NCBI GenBank assembly: GCA_000002445.1
Contig: CM000208.1
Location: forward strand, 1,152,001-1,216,000
Origin: Trypanosoma brucei
Taxonomy: Eukaryota
DNA length: 64,000 bases
Reading direction: 5' to 3'
In this document: positions 23,023 through 34,693 of the stretch, in pieces
How positions within the stretch are numbered: position 1 is the stretch's first letter
Layout: every line of letters starts with the position of its first letter
Made by a program: the position numbers and the translations under genes
The notes under the pieces: generated by a model
Told to the model about the DNA's origin: nothing
Seen by the model: the letters and a program-made list of their open reading frames with translations, nothing else
Database searches by the model: none

Positions 23023-23370
23023 TCAGTTAATTGCGACGAGTTCCATTTCGAACACTAGCGATGCGCCGGGCTCGATACCCCACTCAGGAAAACCTTTCGT
23101 CCCGTAGGCGTATTCGCTTGTCATGGCAATCTTCGCCTTCTCTCCCAAAGGCATTTGAAGCACAGCCTCGTCCCAACCCCGAATTACATGTCCAAGACCC
23201 ACGCGGAATGAAAAGGATTCGGTCCCGCCTTTTGCCGGCCAAAATATGCGCCCATCAGGGAAGAAACCGGCGGCACGCACCGTGACGGAATCACCTGCTT
23301 TCGGACAAGGGCCAGTTCCTTTAGTGATGATGTCGTACTGAAGCGGCATCAGTTTACGTGGTTCTTCCAC
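23023..23370 (-). CDS. FKBP12: FKBP-type peptidyl-prolyl cis-trans isomerase (FKBP12-like)
   Basis: FKBP core: VIRGWDEAVLQMPLGEKAKI...YAYG...IEPGASLVFEMELV aligns to FKBP12 [20 protein letters not shown]...YAYG...IPPHATLVFDVELL. Confidence 0.85.
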   Translation of the reverse strand: MEEPRKLMPLQYDIITKGTGPCPKAGDSVTVRAAGFFPDGRIFWPAKGGTESFSFRVGLGHVIRGWDEAVLQMPLGEKAKIAMTSEYAYGTKGFPEWGIEPGASLVFEMELVAIN

Positions 23371-23893
23371 AGGTATCGGTAAGGTTAAAGAAAATTAGAG
23401 GGTAATCGTCACCACATGTAAAGGAGGGAACGCCCCGAAGGGGTTAAACGTACAACGAACGCAAGAGAACAAAGGGGAGGTGAGGTGAGGAAATAAGTTA
23501 AACAAAAAGGAAACATCGAGAGTGTGAGAGAGGGATTCCAGGGAGAGAAGGGAGATGACAAAATTACTGAATAATTAACACGTGACGAATGGCGACAAAT
23601 GCATACTGGGAAGGTGTAAGCACATGTCTGCCAAGATAACTCGTGCATATGCGATGGTCGACAGAAACAAAAATCTCCTCCACACAAACCGCAGGCAAAA
23701 AAAAAAGAAGGGGAGAAGAGAGCGCCTACACGCCAAAATGCATGTGTCACACCGCTGATGTTCGGTCTTGTTGAAAGGAATCAACACGAACCCTATAAAC
23801 ACTTCTTTTTTCCTTTGTTTTATGATACAAAAAAATCCACCGTCCCCTTCCCCCGTTTCATACACTGTTTAGTAATATAACATCTACTGCGAC

Positions 23894-24649
23894 TTAACGA
23901 CGCATGCAAGAGTGAAGCATGTCTTTGAGACGTTCCAACTCTGACTCTAACTGACCATTGCGCACCTGTAATTTCTGCGAACGTGACTCTTCTAACAGTA
24001 GCTGCTTTCTAACCTGCTCTCGCCTTTGTGACAAGACATTGACTGATGAAAGAGCTTCCTGACGTTCCGCCTTAAGCCTCTGCTTCATTTCCGCTACAGC
24101 ATTCTTTAGCTCTTCACACTCCTGAGCCTTTTTCTCCAACTGGTGATGAAGCGACCGCTTCTCCGCCTTTACTACTGCTAGACGGTCCTCCCATGACTCA
24201 CATCCACGGCCGTGAGAACCATTTCGTATGGCTGAGAGCAACAGGAGCGCATCGGCCGAACAGCAATCGAACCCTGGAGAGAGATGCGGCACAAGTTCAC
24301 GCAGTTCGTATGTTAGTTTCAGTGAACGCTCATCCGCAGCCTGTACATCTGCAGCCACAGCGGTTACTCTCGCTTTGGGAGTACTTTCCTTTGGCCCCGA
24401 CGCATTCCCTACAGACCGCTGGTTAAGGAGTAGTGCGAAGTTCTCTTCAAGCCGGCGTAAGCGCTCCTCGTGCATATGATGATCTCCTGGGGCCTGTGGC
24501 TCGGGGAGATAATCATCGTTGTCACTAACAAACATATATCGAACAGAACAACTTGGCACTGCAACCCAAGTGCTGGAAAACAACAAAGATGAGAAAAGAA
24601 GAGTGGCAACACAGATGTGAACAGTTGTGTCTTTGAGGTAACAAAGCAA
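23894..24649 (-). CDS. Hypothetical coiled-coil protein with N-terminal hydrophobic segment
   Basis: N-terminal signal/TM-like segment. C-terminal half is heptad-rich in E/K/R/L/Q. No domain recognised. Confidence 0.4.
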   Translation of the reverse strand: MLCYLKDTTVHICVATLLFSSLLFSSTWVAVPSCSVRYMFVSDNDDYLPEPQAPGDHHMHEERLRRLEENFALLLNQRSVGNASGPKESTPKARVTAVAADVQAADERSLKLTYELRELVPHLSPGFDCCSADALLLLSAIRNGSHGRGCESWEDRLAVVKAEKRSLHHQLEKKAQECEELKNAVAEMKQRLKAERQEALSSVNVLSQRREQVRKQLLLEESRSQKLQVRNGQLESELERLKDMLHSCMRR

Positions 24650-24900
24650 CCGATTTTTCCTCGGAGAGATGACGATCGGCTAGCAACCGTCATGGAAGCA
24701 GCGGTTGCGACAAAAACGTAAAGGGTTTTGAGGAAGTAGCTACCCCACACTTTGATTTTATCTGGATCTCTTAGTGACCTTCGCATTATATGTCTTAATT
24801 AGGAACTTGCGTATGAATAATCCTATTTTGGCGCCATTGTTTCTCTCCTTTTCTCTTCTTCTTCCTTCCAATATTAAAAGAGGGGAGAAACGCACGAATG

Positions 24901-26367
24901 TTAGTTAGTATTGTGGGCATCCGGTGCCGGTCGCCTTCCCTGACGTGGGTTATCGAAATGCCTGTGGCGCGGGCGGCGTTGCGTCATGCGCTTGAAATAT
25001 TTTGACTCAATTGTGCGGTAGGACGACTTCTGCACCACGCATATGTTATCACCCTCAACCGTGCAATCAAGTGCTGCACGGACAACATATGTGCCAGAAT
25101 GCAGATCGGCGGAGACACCATCATGAACCAGTTGCCTGGAGGTCAGTTTCATGGCAAACAGCGGCACGAGTCCGTCGTTGACGTCTAAGACGGTTTTGAC
25201 GAGCTCTGTGGTTGTAGTTTGATACACACCAAGGTACACACGAAGTTTAATTGTGTCCTGTTGCTGCTTCACTGCACGAAGAAAAAGGCGGGCCTGAAGT
25301 TCCTTACCCTCCATACCCTTGCACACAGTTGGTGGCACGGGGGGTACAGCCAGAAACTTGGGGCTGCAGCGATCGAAGACGTCTCGAAACCGCTCCTCGT
25401 CACCGGTGGCAAGGAGCTCTTTATCATCTTCAAGGACCTGGAGCTTGCGGGAATCCATCAACCAGCTCAGATTGTCGGGTTGCGTGCCGCAAAGTATGCA
25501 GGAGACGACGTGCATGAAAGCGCAGTCCAATCGAACCCTTTCGGAGAACTTACGGCTACTCACCTTTGCCGAGAGGCTTTGTCGGAAAACCCTGCTAGCA
25601 TCGGCGTAACGCCGGAGCATGAGGTAGCTGAAACCCACATAATACATCAGTGACACGTTGGCAGGCGCTACCTCCGCCAAGATCTTCTTCCCACGACCAT
25701 AAATATCCAGTGGCTTCAGTACCGATAGAGCAGAGTTATAGTCTCCCAGAAGTACGTTGATTTTAGCTACGGTAATTATTCCAAAGAACCCAGACATCCA
25801 CCGAACGTGGTTTTCCCCTGATTTGGTGATATCGTCCGCCTTGTCGCTCTCCATAACCTCTTCAATACCCGACTCGCTGATGACCTTCTCCATCATTTGC
25901 ACAGCTTCAGTTACCGACCACTCTGCACCCTCAGCAAAACGCTTCTGATAAACCACCGTCATTTGGAACAGGAACTCGTCGAAAATATCCCAAAGGAACC
26001 AATTCGGAATATCACAACTCCCTGGAAGAGAGACAAAGAGGTCGCAGAAAGTCCTCCATGAAACCTTAGCATCCTCTGCCGTCACGTCACGATCGGTGAA
26101 GAGGTGCTTGAAGCACAGGAAGGAGTACAGCTTTCCAGCTGTGTCATTTCCAAAGCACTCGGCGACTTCCATCCTCTGCAGCACTGGCAAGGGGCGGAAC
26201 TCCCCCTGTTCGGCCGCATAGTACTTGCTCAAGTGGCTGGGGAAGATGTTCTCGTAAAGGTTGTGAAAACTGCTGATATCCCCTGTGTCCACGGCAGTGT
26301 TCAGAGAGTTGAAGAAGTTGAACATTTCATCGGGGATGTGCAACTTTGAATCAGGGTTCGACGCCAT
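24901..26367 (-). CDS. EIF3L: Translation initiation factor eIF3 subunit L
   Basis: Collinear matches to eIF3L: NWFLWDIFDEFLFQ aligns to NQWLWDIIDEFIYQ. LLGDYNSALSVLKPLD aligns to LLGDYYQAIKVLENIE. YYVGFSYLMLRRYADASRVF aligns to YYVGFAYLMMRRYQDAIRVF. CSPKFL aligns to CPKFL. Confidence 0.75.
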   Translation of the reverse strand: MASNPDSKLHIPDEMFNFFNSLNTAVDTGDISSFHNLYENIFPSHLSKYYAAEQGEFRPLPVLQRMEVAECFGNDTAGKLYSFLCFKHLFTDRDVTAEDAKVSWRTFCDLFVSLPGSCDIPNWFLWDIFDEFLFQMTVVYQKRFAEGAEWSVTEAVQMMEKVISESGIEEVMESDKADDITKSGENHVRWMSGFFGIITVAKINVLLGDYNSALSVLKPLDIYGRGKKILAEVAPANVSLMYYVGFSYLMLRRYADASRVFRQSLSAKVSSRKFSERVRLDCAFMHVVSCILCGTQPDNLSWLMDSRKLQVLEDDKELLATGDEERFRDVFDRCSPKFLAVPPVPPTVCKGMEGKELQARLFLRAVKQQQDTIKLRVYLGVYQTTTTELVKTVLDVNDGLVPLFAMKLTSRQLVHDGVSADLHSGTYVVRAALDCTVEGDNICVVQKSSYRTIESKYFKRMTQRRPRHRHFDNPRQGRRPAPDAHNTN

Positions 26368-26549
26368 ATCTAGTAACTTTAACTTTGCGTCGTAATGGAA
26401 AGGTTATAAAGGGGAGAAGATATGATACACAAGATTCACCTCAACGCAGACGGAAACAATCAGATACCGCATGCGATATCCTCTACGTCGCATACACACC
26501 ATGAGTGCTCTTCATAAACAACACATCTGCAGCAAACAGCACCCACATA

Positions 26550-28865
26550 TCAACCTCTGACCGCGAGCCGATATGTGTTCTTGAGAGACTGTACCACATA
26601 CAACACAGCCTGAAGACTCCCCGAAAGAAGCATTTCATCCAGCAATGGAACGTCTAGCAGGATGCGCTTCTCCGTTTGCAGGTAAGAAATGCACTTACGT
26701 AAGTTCCGACGCTTCGCCGCCGCCGATTTTGCTTGCAATTCAATCGACTCCAGTTCCACGCACGGCCTCCGCTGGAGAGTTCGAATCAGATGCGCCAACA
26801 CAACACCGTCCGAGAACAGCACGGGATAATCCCGCAACCAAAGCGACCGACATGAAAACGAAAAGGACTGATCTGCAGCTACGTATCGAAAGTCGGATCC
26901 AAGAACTTCCGTGACCCACGTTCCTAGTTCCTCAACCTCTTCGGTAGCGTAATCCAACCCACTCAAAACAACAACCGGTGCAGGGGCCGCCGTCTGCGCA
27001 GTGGAGGCAACATTGTCCCCCACCTTCCTCCCTTTGGATCCCGCAGCAGCACAGCATGTAAGTGGAGAAGTGATAAGGCAACGCGCTACCCTTCGCTCTT
27101 GTGATTTCGACAGCCTGTGACCTGCACCCTGCCGCCTTTGCTCTTGTTGACGGGGTTGCACACATACTTCCAACTGCAGTTGTGGCGGTGGAGCAGTTGT
27201 AGAGGGTGCTGATGCAGTGGGAAAGTAGGGCGCGTCAGAATGTTTCGGAGGTTGGCGCCGTGGAGGAACGTCGGCAGCAAACCGCATGATATCCTCCAAG
27301 AGAAGCAAAATGTAGCACCTGTCACCGTGATACACCCGGTGAGCTTCATTCAAAAACAGGGAGCTCATCCGCGCGGGGCAATACCGATGAAGCTCATCGA
27401 ATGCCACCTTAATGTTGTCTATGCAGTTCGATTTTATCCGAGGATTTCTATGCACAGGGAGATGACTTCCTGTAACCTTATCAACGAGGTCACATAAGGC
27501 TGCACCGTTCGTCAGGAAAGGGAACACTGACGGAATGTAAAGGGAAGAAAAACTGTCCCTTCGTAAGCACCAGAGTCGTCGCTGTGGCGGCAAAAATGGG
27601 GCTTGTAGGGCCGGAGGAACTATGGCGTCATCAGGTGGTAAACGATGGGCAACGGGGTCAGGCAATATCTTCTGCAAATAAAGGAAGTCACACACTTCCC
27701 GCTCGAGCCTACGCATGGCACTCGGTTGGTACCCCACCGCAGTTGAGTCTACCTGCCACGTTAGTGAGGGTGAACTCCAGAGTTTTTCGCAGGTTGTCGG
27801 GAAACATGCCTCAATAATAACCCTCAACAGAGAAAAAAGAACCCGCGATTTGCCCTTGACAAGCACACTTTCAGGTTTTATAATTCGACACTCGTGGGGC
27901 ACAGAAACCCCTGACACCTTTCGCAAGTTTCGGAGCGTGCCCATAGCTGCGACATAGTTGAGGCGAACGTCATCAAGGCATTTAGGTGGCGCAACATGCA
28001 CAGGATTGAAGGTTTCCCCATTCCCATTGCTGAGGTGCAGGGCTGCGAGAAGAAGACGACGGAGCGCGCTTCCATTCAACACGGGATCGTTAATGGGCTC
28101 CTCAGATTCGCTAAGTTCGGCCTCCACAATATTTAGCCGCCGTAAGTAGTCACGAACCTTCAATTCGTCACTTCGGGTGACGTCGTCCACGTTCTCATGA
28201 ACGCTACCTGCGAGTTCAGCAGAGCAGTTGGTAAGGCTTTCAGAGCTATCATCGCTGCAGTCATCAGCATTATTTGGGCTGCAGTGTCGGGCTTCTTTCC
28301 TCACCGGTAACCCTTGCCGTTCCCCCGCAGGATTCTGCAATATCCTCTCGTCACCCTTTGAGGCGCCTTTATGGTTTACAGCTTTATTAAGAGGAAGTGT
28401 AGGAGGAGCCGCCGAAGCCGTGCATGGCTCAATCGCCGGTTGTTTGGGTCGGTGGCGAACCGCCCTCCCCTCATCACTACCCAACATGAGACTTGTCATT
28501 GGGGCGGTGGGTAATGGAAAGAAAAGTGCGCCTCCGCAGTACACACCACAAGATGACACGTAGCCTTTCAGTCGTTTACTGTCCGGTGACCCTTTGAGCA
28601 CTAAGCTACGGTTCGCGCGCAGTGACATGGTGCGCTCGGTATTGTCCCTTGTGTTTGCCGATTCTTTTATGTGACTTAAATCTACCCGCATCCGACCTAA
28701 TAAGCTGAGCGCTTCACGGACCAAAAGCTCCCTGCCGTCTCCATCCGCAGTGTTCCTTGGTTCAAAACCACAATTGTGTCTTCCACTTTCTCCCTCCGCA
28801 CCGCATTCTTGCGACGCAGCGCACGGAGACACACTGGCGCTCATTGACTTCCTCACAAACGCCAA
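26550..28865 (-). CDS. Hypothetical protein, 771 aa, Ser/Ala/Pro-rich N-terminal half
   Basis: Long ORF on the transcription-unit strand. No domain recognised by eye. Confidence 0.5.
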   Translation of the reverse strand: MAFVRKSMSASVSPCAASQECGAEGESGRHNCGFEPRNTADGDGRELLVREALSLLGRMRVDLSHIKESANTRDNTERTMSLRANRSLVLKGSPDSKRLKGYVSSCGVYCGGALFFPLPTAPMTSLMLGSDEGRAVRHRPKQPAIEPCTASAAPPTLPLNKAVNHKGASKGDERILQNPAGERQGLPVRKEARHCSPNNADDCSDDSSESLTNCSAELAGSVHENVDDVTRSDELKVRDYLRRLNIVEAELSESEEPINDPVLNGSALRRLLLAALHLSNGNGETFNPVHVAPPKCLDDVRLNYVAAMGTLRNLRKVSGVSVPHECRIIKPESVLVKGKSRVLFSLLRVIIEACFPTTCEKLWSSPSLTWQVDSTAVGYQPSAMRRLEREVCDFLYLQKILPDPVAHRLPPDDAIVPPALQAPFLPPQRRLWCLRRDSFSSLYIPSVFPFLTNGAALCDLVDKVTGSHLPVHRNPRIKSNCIDNIKVAFDELHRYCPARMSSLFLNEAHRVYHGDRCYILLLLEDIMRFAADVPPRRQPPKHSDAPYFPTASAPSTTAPPPQLQLEVCVQPRQQEQRRQGAGHRLSKSQERRVARCLITSPLTCCAAAGSKGRKVGDNVASTAQTAAPAPVVVLSGLDYATEEVEELGTWVTEVLGSDFRYVAADQSFSFSCRSLWLRDYPVLFSDGVVLAHLIRTLQRRPCVELESIELQAKSAAAKRRNLRKCISYLQTEKRILLDVPLLDEMLLSGSLQAVLYVVQSLKNTYRLAVRG

Positions 28866-29168
28866 CTATTTTCCCGATAGCATCCCTTCCCAGAAGGCGT
28901 ACGCAAGTAACATAACATGAAGGAAATTAGGGGGGGGGAATAAGTTCCAAAAAAAAAAGCAGTAGATCAAAGGCAGAAATTAAAAAAAAAACAGACCACC
29001 CGGTTGTAAGTGGCAGTAAAGGTGAGGAGTGGCATGTACATATTTGTCTAGATGGAAGTGAGCGATAGATGCACCTGTAAGGGTATCGCCCGCAGTGCAA
29101 ACCCTGTGGAATGCGCCAGGAGACTGCTTGCTTGCCACTTTCACATTTATAAAGATACTTTTAAAGAA

Positions 29169-29735
29169 TCAACCCTTCAACGATTTTTCACTGCTTCCCT
29201 CGCCGCCTCCATAATCCGACGAAGAAGATGATGATGATGTACTAGATGCCGCCTCGCTACCACTACGGCTACTACATTGACACTGGTTATCAAAGTTGTA
29301 TTCAAAGTGAGTTCCATTCTCCTCCGAATCAAGTGCTAACTGGTTGACGTTAAGTCGATCGCGCCTTACGAGTTTGCAGGTCGAGCAAAGCATCTTAGTG
29401 GAATCATGCAGCATGTGCTCACGAATCCGTTTCCTTAGGAATCGGTCCCTTTTGCGGCGTTCCTCCACTGAGAGCATCTCCTTTGGCTTCATAGTGGCGA
29501 TAGTGTCTGGTCCTAAACTCAACAACTCGCCGTCCAAACCCTTTAAGTTGGCTAGTAGACCCATCAGTTGGTCACGAAAAGCTTCTTTATCCCTACAAGT
29601 GGAGCACATCTTGTCCACTATTCCCCTGGCAAACGTCATGGCACTAACGGGTTCACTTCTGAACTCTTCCATCTTCTGCAGCAGTGCAGACAGTTGGGAT
29701 GTAGCCTTTTCCCGCATTGCCTCTGATGCAGCCAT
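29169..29735 (-). CDS. Hypothetical protein, 188 aa, C-terminal Ser-rich tail
   Basis: ORF on the transcription-unit strand between two other genes. No motif recognised. Confidence 0.4.
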   Translation of the reverse strand: MAASEAMREKATSQLSALLQKMEEFRSEPVSAMTFARGIVDKMCSTCRDKEAFRDQLMGLLANLKGLDGELLSLGPDTIATMKPKEMLSVEERRKRDRFLRKRIREHMLHDSTKMLCSTCKLVRRDRLNVNQLALDSEENGTHFEYNFDNQCQCSSRSGSEAASSTSSSSSSSDYGGGEGSSEKSLKG

Positions 29736-30080
29736 CCTCTATGAGAGTTCGGTTTTGTAAAAAAAAAAATCAAAAAAAAATAACTACAAAAGTGACTGAT
29801 TTACTAATCGTAAAATCATTTTGACAGTGCGCGTGGCAAAGGGTTCATTGATAGAGAGAGAGAACAATCCGACTTAAACCGACAACTGAGGTGCGGAAGC
29901 ACAGGTACTTCCAACCAAGGCCAAAAAGCACCACATCAGCGCTGAGTTTACTACTATCCGCGGGACACCACCGCTGTAATCAACGTCAGTGAGTAGGGGA
30001 CGCAAGTTAATACAATAGTATCAGGCAACCAAATAATAAACGCTCTTCGAAACAGCTCCATAGCGAGGTTTATGACAACA

Positions 30081-30977
30081 TCATGTGTCCTCAGTGTTGG
30101 GAGCGGCAGCCATGTCGCCTTGAGGGGACTCGGCAAGGGGAGGTGGCTCCACAGGTGCGAGTGCAGACCTTTCACGCACAGCAGTGACAATTACACGGCA
30201 CACCAAAAGTCCAAATACCACCCACATTGCATGGTATAGGAACCTATATGGAGATACCCATTCACCAAAGAAGTAGTACATGAACGCCTGGGAAAAATCA
30301 GTGAAGGCTCTGGGGTTCATGACATGTTGATTTTGGGGAGGTTTCACTCCAGCCGGCGGGGTCAAGAAGGGATTTTCCCAGTCGAACTTTACGGAAGAAG
30401 ACTTCTTGCTCGCTTCATGGAACTTCTCCCTGTGGCGACGCCGTATCACTGCCGCTATTTTGCTGTGTTCGTATGCCACTCTTTGGGGAAACTTGAAGAA
30501 GCAATCTCTGCTATAGGACGTCACAACTATCGTGACACCCTCTGGCACAAATCCAACGTCATCACACAGTAGATAGGTCGCGAGAACTTCGTTAATGGTA
30601 GTAGGCCAATGGATCAACGTGTCCACAACATGGCTCAGGCGATTATGAACAGCGCGCGTCAAAGGATGATATCTGCCATAATCGTGCTCTATTTCGCCAT
30701 CAAGCTCTTCCAATAACACGTTCATTATTTCGTCAAGCTTTTTGGAGTCGTTCTTTTCGTCAGCTACCCAATAGAAGGGCGAGGGCGTGTAACCCTTAAG
30801 TTTCGATTTGAGATCTCCCTTTTCTAACAGGAGTTTGACGGCTGCGACGTCTCGCGATATGATGGCCTCATGCAAGGCTTCTACGGCCACATCTACGCTT
30901 TCCACACCAACCGCCACGGAGGTCACTACCGACAACGAAGCAACAGCAATAATGACGGTTAGTGGCAGACTTGCCAT
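30081..30977 (-). CDS. Hypothetical type I membrane protein
   Basis: Signal peptide MASLPLTVIIAVASLSVVTSVAVG from Met at 30977. The ORF track extension to 31157 is hydrophobic low-complexity. C-terminal TM segment MWVVFGLLVCRVIVTAV. Confidence 0.45.
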   Translation of the reverse strand: MASLPLTVIIAVASLSVVTSVAVGVESVDVAVEALHEAIISRDVAAVKLLLEKGDLKSKLKGYTPSPFYWVADEKNDSKKLDEIMNVLLEELDGEIEHDYGRYHPLTRAVHNRLSHVVDTLIHWPTTINEVLATYLLCDDVGFVPEGVTIVVTSYSRDCFFKFPQRVAYEHSKIAAVIRRRHREKFHEASKKSSSVKFDWENPFLTPPAGVKPPQNQHVMNPRAFTDFSQAFMYYFFGEWVSPYRFLYHAMWVVFGLLVCRVIVTAVRERSALAPVEPPPLAESPQGDMAAAPNTEDT

Positions 30978-31254
30978 GCGTGGTATGTGCAACATATTGA
31001 AAAAGTAACACTCTATTCCCCTTCTCACACACACGGACACACACCTCACAAAAAAAAACACAAAATCAGGCAGAGCAACGAAGCAAACAAAGAAGGGTTC
31101 AGACAAGGCAGGTTCTACATCAGAAACCGGGGAAACAGGTCTAATCTTGTCCGACACGAAAAGTTTTTTTTTTTGTGCGTGTGTGTTAGGTACAGGAAAA
31201 AAAAAAGTATAAAACCCAATACGCTTCCACCTCCCTCAATTAACGCTGGAACAA

Positions 31255-32151
31255 CTAACGCTTTCCAAGTGGGTGCTCTGGGTCGCGAGCAATCGCCGGA
31301 CTGCAACCCAGGGCGGTTCCGGACCCACCCAACGCCGTGATCAAGCGCACCAGCAATTCGCACATGACGAATGCGGTGACTCCCCACACCAGCTCTCCAG
31401 GAAAGTTGTTGGGTAAAAGTGGCTCGTGGCCACCATCCTCCTGCGACAACTGGAGAAGTCCAGGTGAAGGAGAGACTGGATCACAGTACCTCGCCTGAGA
31501 CGGGCTAGTAAAAAAACACGGGAAGTGGAGGGGCACCCCAGACGAACTAGGAAGGTACTTGAGCAAACGGCAATGTGTCTGTTTGCTATTAAGCAACAAC
31601 GGCGAGAGATGCAAGTAATGAATGGAGTCAACCTCATGAGGGCTGTGGCAGAGGGGCGTTACTGAATATTGGGTGACTGCGACAATAGGGGTAACGTGTG
31701 ACTTGCCGCTGAGGGGAGCCAATGGACGCAGGGGCCCAAGAATTTCGTATAGTGAACTGTCGATACCAATTTCCTCAGCTGTCTCGCGTTGTGCTGCTGC
31801 TGCTGCCTGTTCTTCACCATCTAGACGACCACCAGGAAACGACATTTCACCCTTGTGGTGACGAAGATGAGGTGTCCGCTTAGTAAGTGTGACACACATC
31901 TCTTGAAACGTGTTTGGCGGCATACCAGCGGCAGGTGAGAGTAAAACAAGCACGGCACTCTCGCGTTTATCTCCCACGGTGGGGGGCGTGTTCAGATGCG
32001 AGAAACGGCACCCCGTCGATAAATTTTTTAAATGGAAGTGCTCCGGCAAATGCAAATCCTCTACCTTGAGATGCAACGCCCGCTGGAGCGCTTCTACCCA
32101 CGCTGACACATTTGATGGCAGCGAGGACACGGAAACTCTTCCCATAGCCAT
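31255..32151 (-). CDS. NUDIX hydrolase, CoA-pyrophosphatase-like
   Basis: Nudix box GEMSFPGGRLDGEEQAAAAAQRETAEEIGI (Gx5Ex7REUxEExGU). Upstream LLTKR-like segment VLVLLSPAA...LTKRTPHLRHHKGE resembles NUDT7/8 CoA diphosphatases. Confidence 0.7.
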   Translation of the reverse strand: MAMGRVSVSSLPSNVSAWVEALQRALHLKVEDLHLPEHFHLKNLSTGCRFSHLNTPPTVGDKRESAVLVLLSPAAGMPPNTFQEMCVTLTKRTPHLRHHKGEMSFPGGRLDGEEQAAAAAQRETAEEIGIDSSLYEILGPLRPLAPLSGKSHVTPIVAVTQYSVTPLCHSPHEVDSIHYLHLSPLLLNSKQTHCRLLKYLPSSSGVPLHFPCFFTSPSQARYCDPVSPSPGLLQLSQEDGGHEPLLPNNFPGELVWGVTAFVMCELLVRLITALGGSGTALGCSPAIARDPEHPLGKR

Positions 32152-32709
32152 CTTACGCCGCAGCCCCCTAACTAACCTCGTTGAGGCACGGCAACATATT
32201 TAAAATTAAGAAAATGTTGAGCGAAGCTGTGTATATCATCAGAGAGTAAGGAGAGCGAGATGGGGAAATGAAGAAATAGAGTGGCACAACCAAACGGAGA
32301 ACGGGAGACCACGACGGTACAAAATCAACGAAACAAACAAAAGAAAGAGACTCGAGGATAATGAGCCAGGAGCGGAAAAGTATAGGCCAAAGCGTGAAGG
32401 GAACCCAGTTGTCACAACACATTACCTAGAACTACTTTTGGTAAGGGAACAAAAGGTACTTTACGAAAGAAGGGCGCCCAACACTGGAGGGGTAAAACCA
32501 CATGTTCTCCTTTCTCAAAAGTTCTGATGTACCACTTGCATCACACACCAGAGCGTCCGTTATTGATTCGCCCCCAGCGCAGCTATCCAGAACATCTATT
32601 TTGGCATTTCTGCTGTTTTGCTCCGTCCTCTTGCCCTCCTCCCAACGCCATCCTCTGGCCGAAAGTACAGCCAATATCTACATTCTCCAGTAAACAGGTG
32701 CGGCTGATC

Positions 32710-33048
32710 CTACAACCCCTTGAAGACGACAATTGCTACATAACCTTTATGGAACATGTACATAAGGTGCTTCATCTCATATGAAATTTCGAAGCCAAAT
32801 CCCTCACCCATCACACAGTGCCATGAAGGGCCGTACTTTTTGTCCATCTGTTCCTTGATGTGTCTTGCTGCAAGTTCGTAGCTGTCTTCGTGCTTCTCAA
32901 TCGCGTTTACCACAATTTCCTTGCACTCGGCGCGCATTTCTTCCGCCATGTCACTCATCTTCTCTAATGGATAGTTTAACGGTGTTACATATTGACGAAT
33001 GGTATCGATGTTGCAGGGCCCGTCAGGTTCCTTCACGTTGGACGTCAT
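32710..33048 (-). CDS. DYNLL: Dynein light chain LC8 type
   Basis: KKYGPSWHCVMGEGFGFEISYEMKHLMYMFHKGYVAIVVFK aligns to LC8 [40 protein letters not shown]. About 25-aa N-terminal extension. Confidence 0.85.
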   Translation of the reverse strand: MTSNVKEPDGPCNIDTIRQYVTPLNYPLEKMSDMAEEMRAECKEIVVNAIEKHEDSYELAARHIKEQMDKKYGPSWHCVMGEGFGFEISYEMKHLMYMFHKGYVAIVVFKGL

Positions 33049-33455
33049 TGCTTGTTGTGGCCTCTCTATCTAGCTTCATGAAGAGAAAACCATTTATGAA
33101 CCACCATATTTTTGCAGCAACACACACACACATTGAAAGTATTGCGCAGTCATTATCGAGAAAAGGGTTTAGGGAACCAAATTGGAAAGGAGAGATACAA
33201 CAAACAACAACCGTTGCAACGCAACCCCCCGAAACATCAAACTGTGGCGTACCACTCGATATCATGTGTAAAGAATAAACGTGCACTGAGAGGACGGGAT
33301 TCCAACACCAACGGCACGTAGAGGACCACGTTGAAAAAAAGAGAGAAAGACAATATATTTAAATCATTGAACGTGTCAACTCATCAGCTACTGACAGATA
33401 CCGGGTCGACTCTCATAAAAGCAAAGAAGCTTCCGTACGGAGGAAGTTGTCCCCG

Positions 33456-34169
33456 TCATATAGCTGCGCCACCAAACTTCACTCCTTCATACGGCCGCCT
33501 GTCACTGCCATCTAGGTTGAACAATGTGACACTGAACAAGCCCTTGTGGGAGACGGGCCGCTCGGCGAGAGTGTGAAGAAAGCACCGCACCGCCTGCTCC
33601 TGGGAAAGTGCGCCCACGTCCTCGATTGGAACTGCTTCCTGTGTCAACCGTGGAAGAAGTTGCTCACTTTCCCGACTGTAAAGCAAACATTGGCCATCAA
33701 CTAATTCGTCAAAAGTCATAACAACACCTTTCTGCGACAAGTACGCAACTGTTGTTCCTGCACCCCTCTCGAGAATCCACGCAAGCAGTGACTGCTCGAG
33801 TTCCTTCAGCCCACCTTTACTAGTTGTAACCAATACAGAAACATCTCCCATACCATCGCCGTCAGACGTCAGAACACAGTGTTCCGACCACTGTGCCACT
33901 AACGATGAAATCACCTTCTTGACATCTTCTGGTCGAAGACGGCGATTAATCGTCTCATTCCGAAACAAACCACTATTGCAGCTGTACAATCGAAGAAGTG
34001 GGCACGTGTCACGTTTCCTATGTTGTGCATGAAAAGCAGCGTGGTCCATCACCAAATTTCCCCACAGTGCCATCTGCCGTTCTAGCGCACTCGGCGACGG
34101 CTGCAGCGTGAAGAAAGGAGGAAGTTTAAAGAAGTCCCAGTGACCCGGCTCCTTTGACATCTGATGCAA
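33456..34169 (-). CDS. VPS25: ESCRT-II subunit VPS25
   Basis: N-terminal WDFFKLPPFFTLQPSPSALERQMALWGNLV aligns to VPS25 WQYRFPPFFTLQPNVDTRQKQLAAWCSLV. C-terminal EGVKFGG aligns to RGVKFF. Tandem winged-helix length of about 180-230 aa fits. Confidence 0.65.
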   Translation of the reverse strand: MHQMSKEPGHWDFFKLPPFFTLQPSPSALERQMALWGNLVMDHAAFHAQHRKRDTCPLLRLYSCNSGLFRNETINRRLRPEDVKKVISSLVAQWSEHCVLTSDGDGMGDVSVLVTTSKGGLKELEQSLLAWILERGAGTTVAYLSQKGVVMTFDELVDGQCLLYSRESEQLLPRLTQEAVPIEDVGALSQEQAVRCFLHTLAERPVSHKGLFSVTLFNLDGSDRRPYEGVKFGGAAI

Positions 34170-34693
34170 ATCAGACTTCTACTTTTCTTAATAAGGAAGG
34201 ATGTTATGCGTGTGTTCGGTTTTAGCATTCAAGAAGGGCAAGGAAAATGAGGGGGGGACGAAAGAGGAAAGATGATGCTTCCATGGACAGAAAACGTGCA
34301 AAAAAAAAAAAAACAGCGACGACATGTGCATTTTACACACAAGAAGAGGGTAAACTCGCGACACATTTCCCATTGCATGCCACTTCTTTGTGACGACATC
34401 ACGCGGGAGGGAATAAAATGCCGCTCGTAAAAGGAAAAAGCTGAAAGTATTTACCTTTGAATTCACTCCCTCACCAGCCGCCCACCTAGCCGTTGCTCGT
34501 GCCATAAAATCCCCATGGTTCTTTCTTTCGCTCTCCTTCTTCAATTCCTTTTCCGTTTCTTTTTCAACGCAAACAACACGAAAGGCGAAGTGTGGAGCTG
34601 GTAACGGGAGGCGGGGGGAGTCCCCCGAAGCAGAGATAAATACATGCCGAAGGAACAAGTGACACCATCCGAAGCATGGCGAAGTTGATTTCT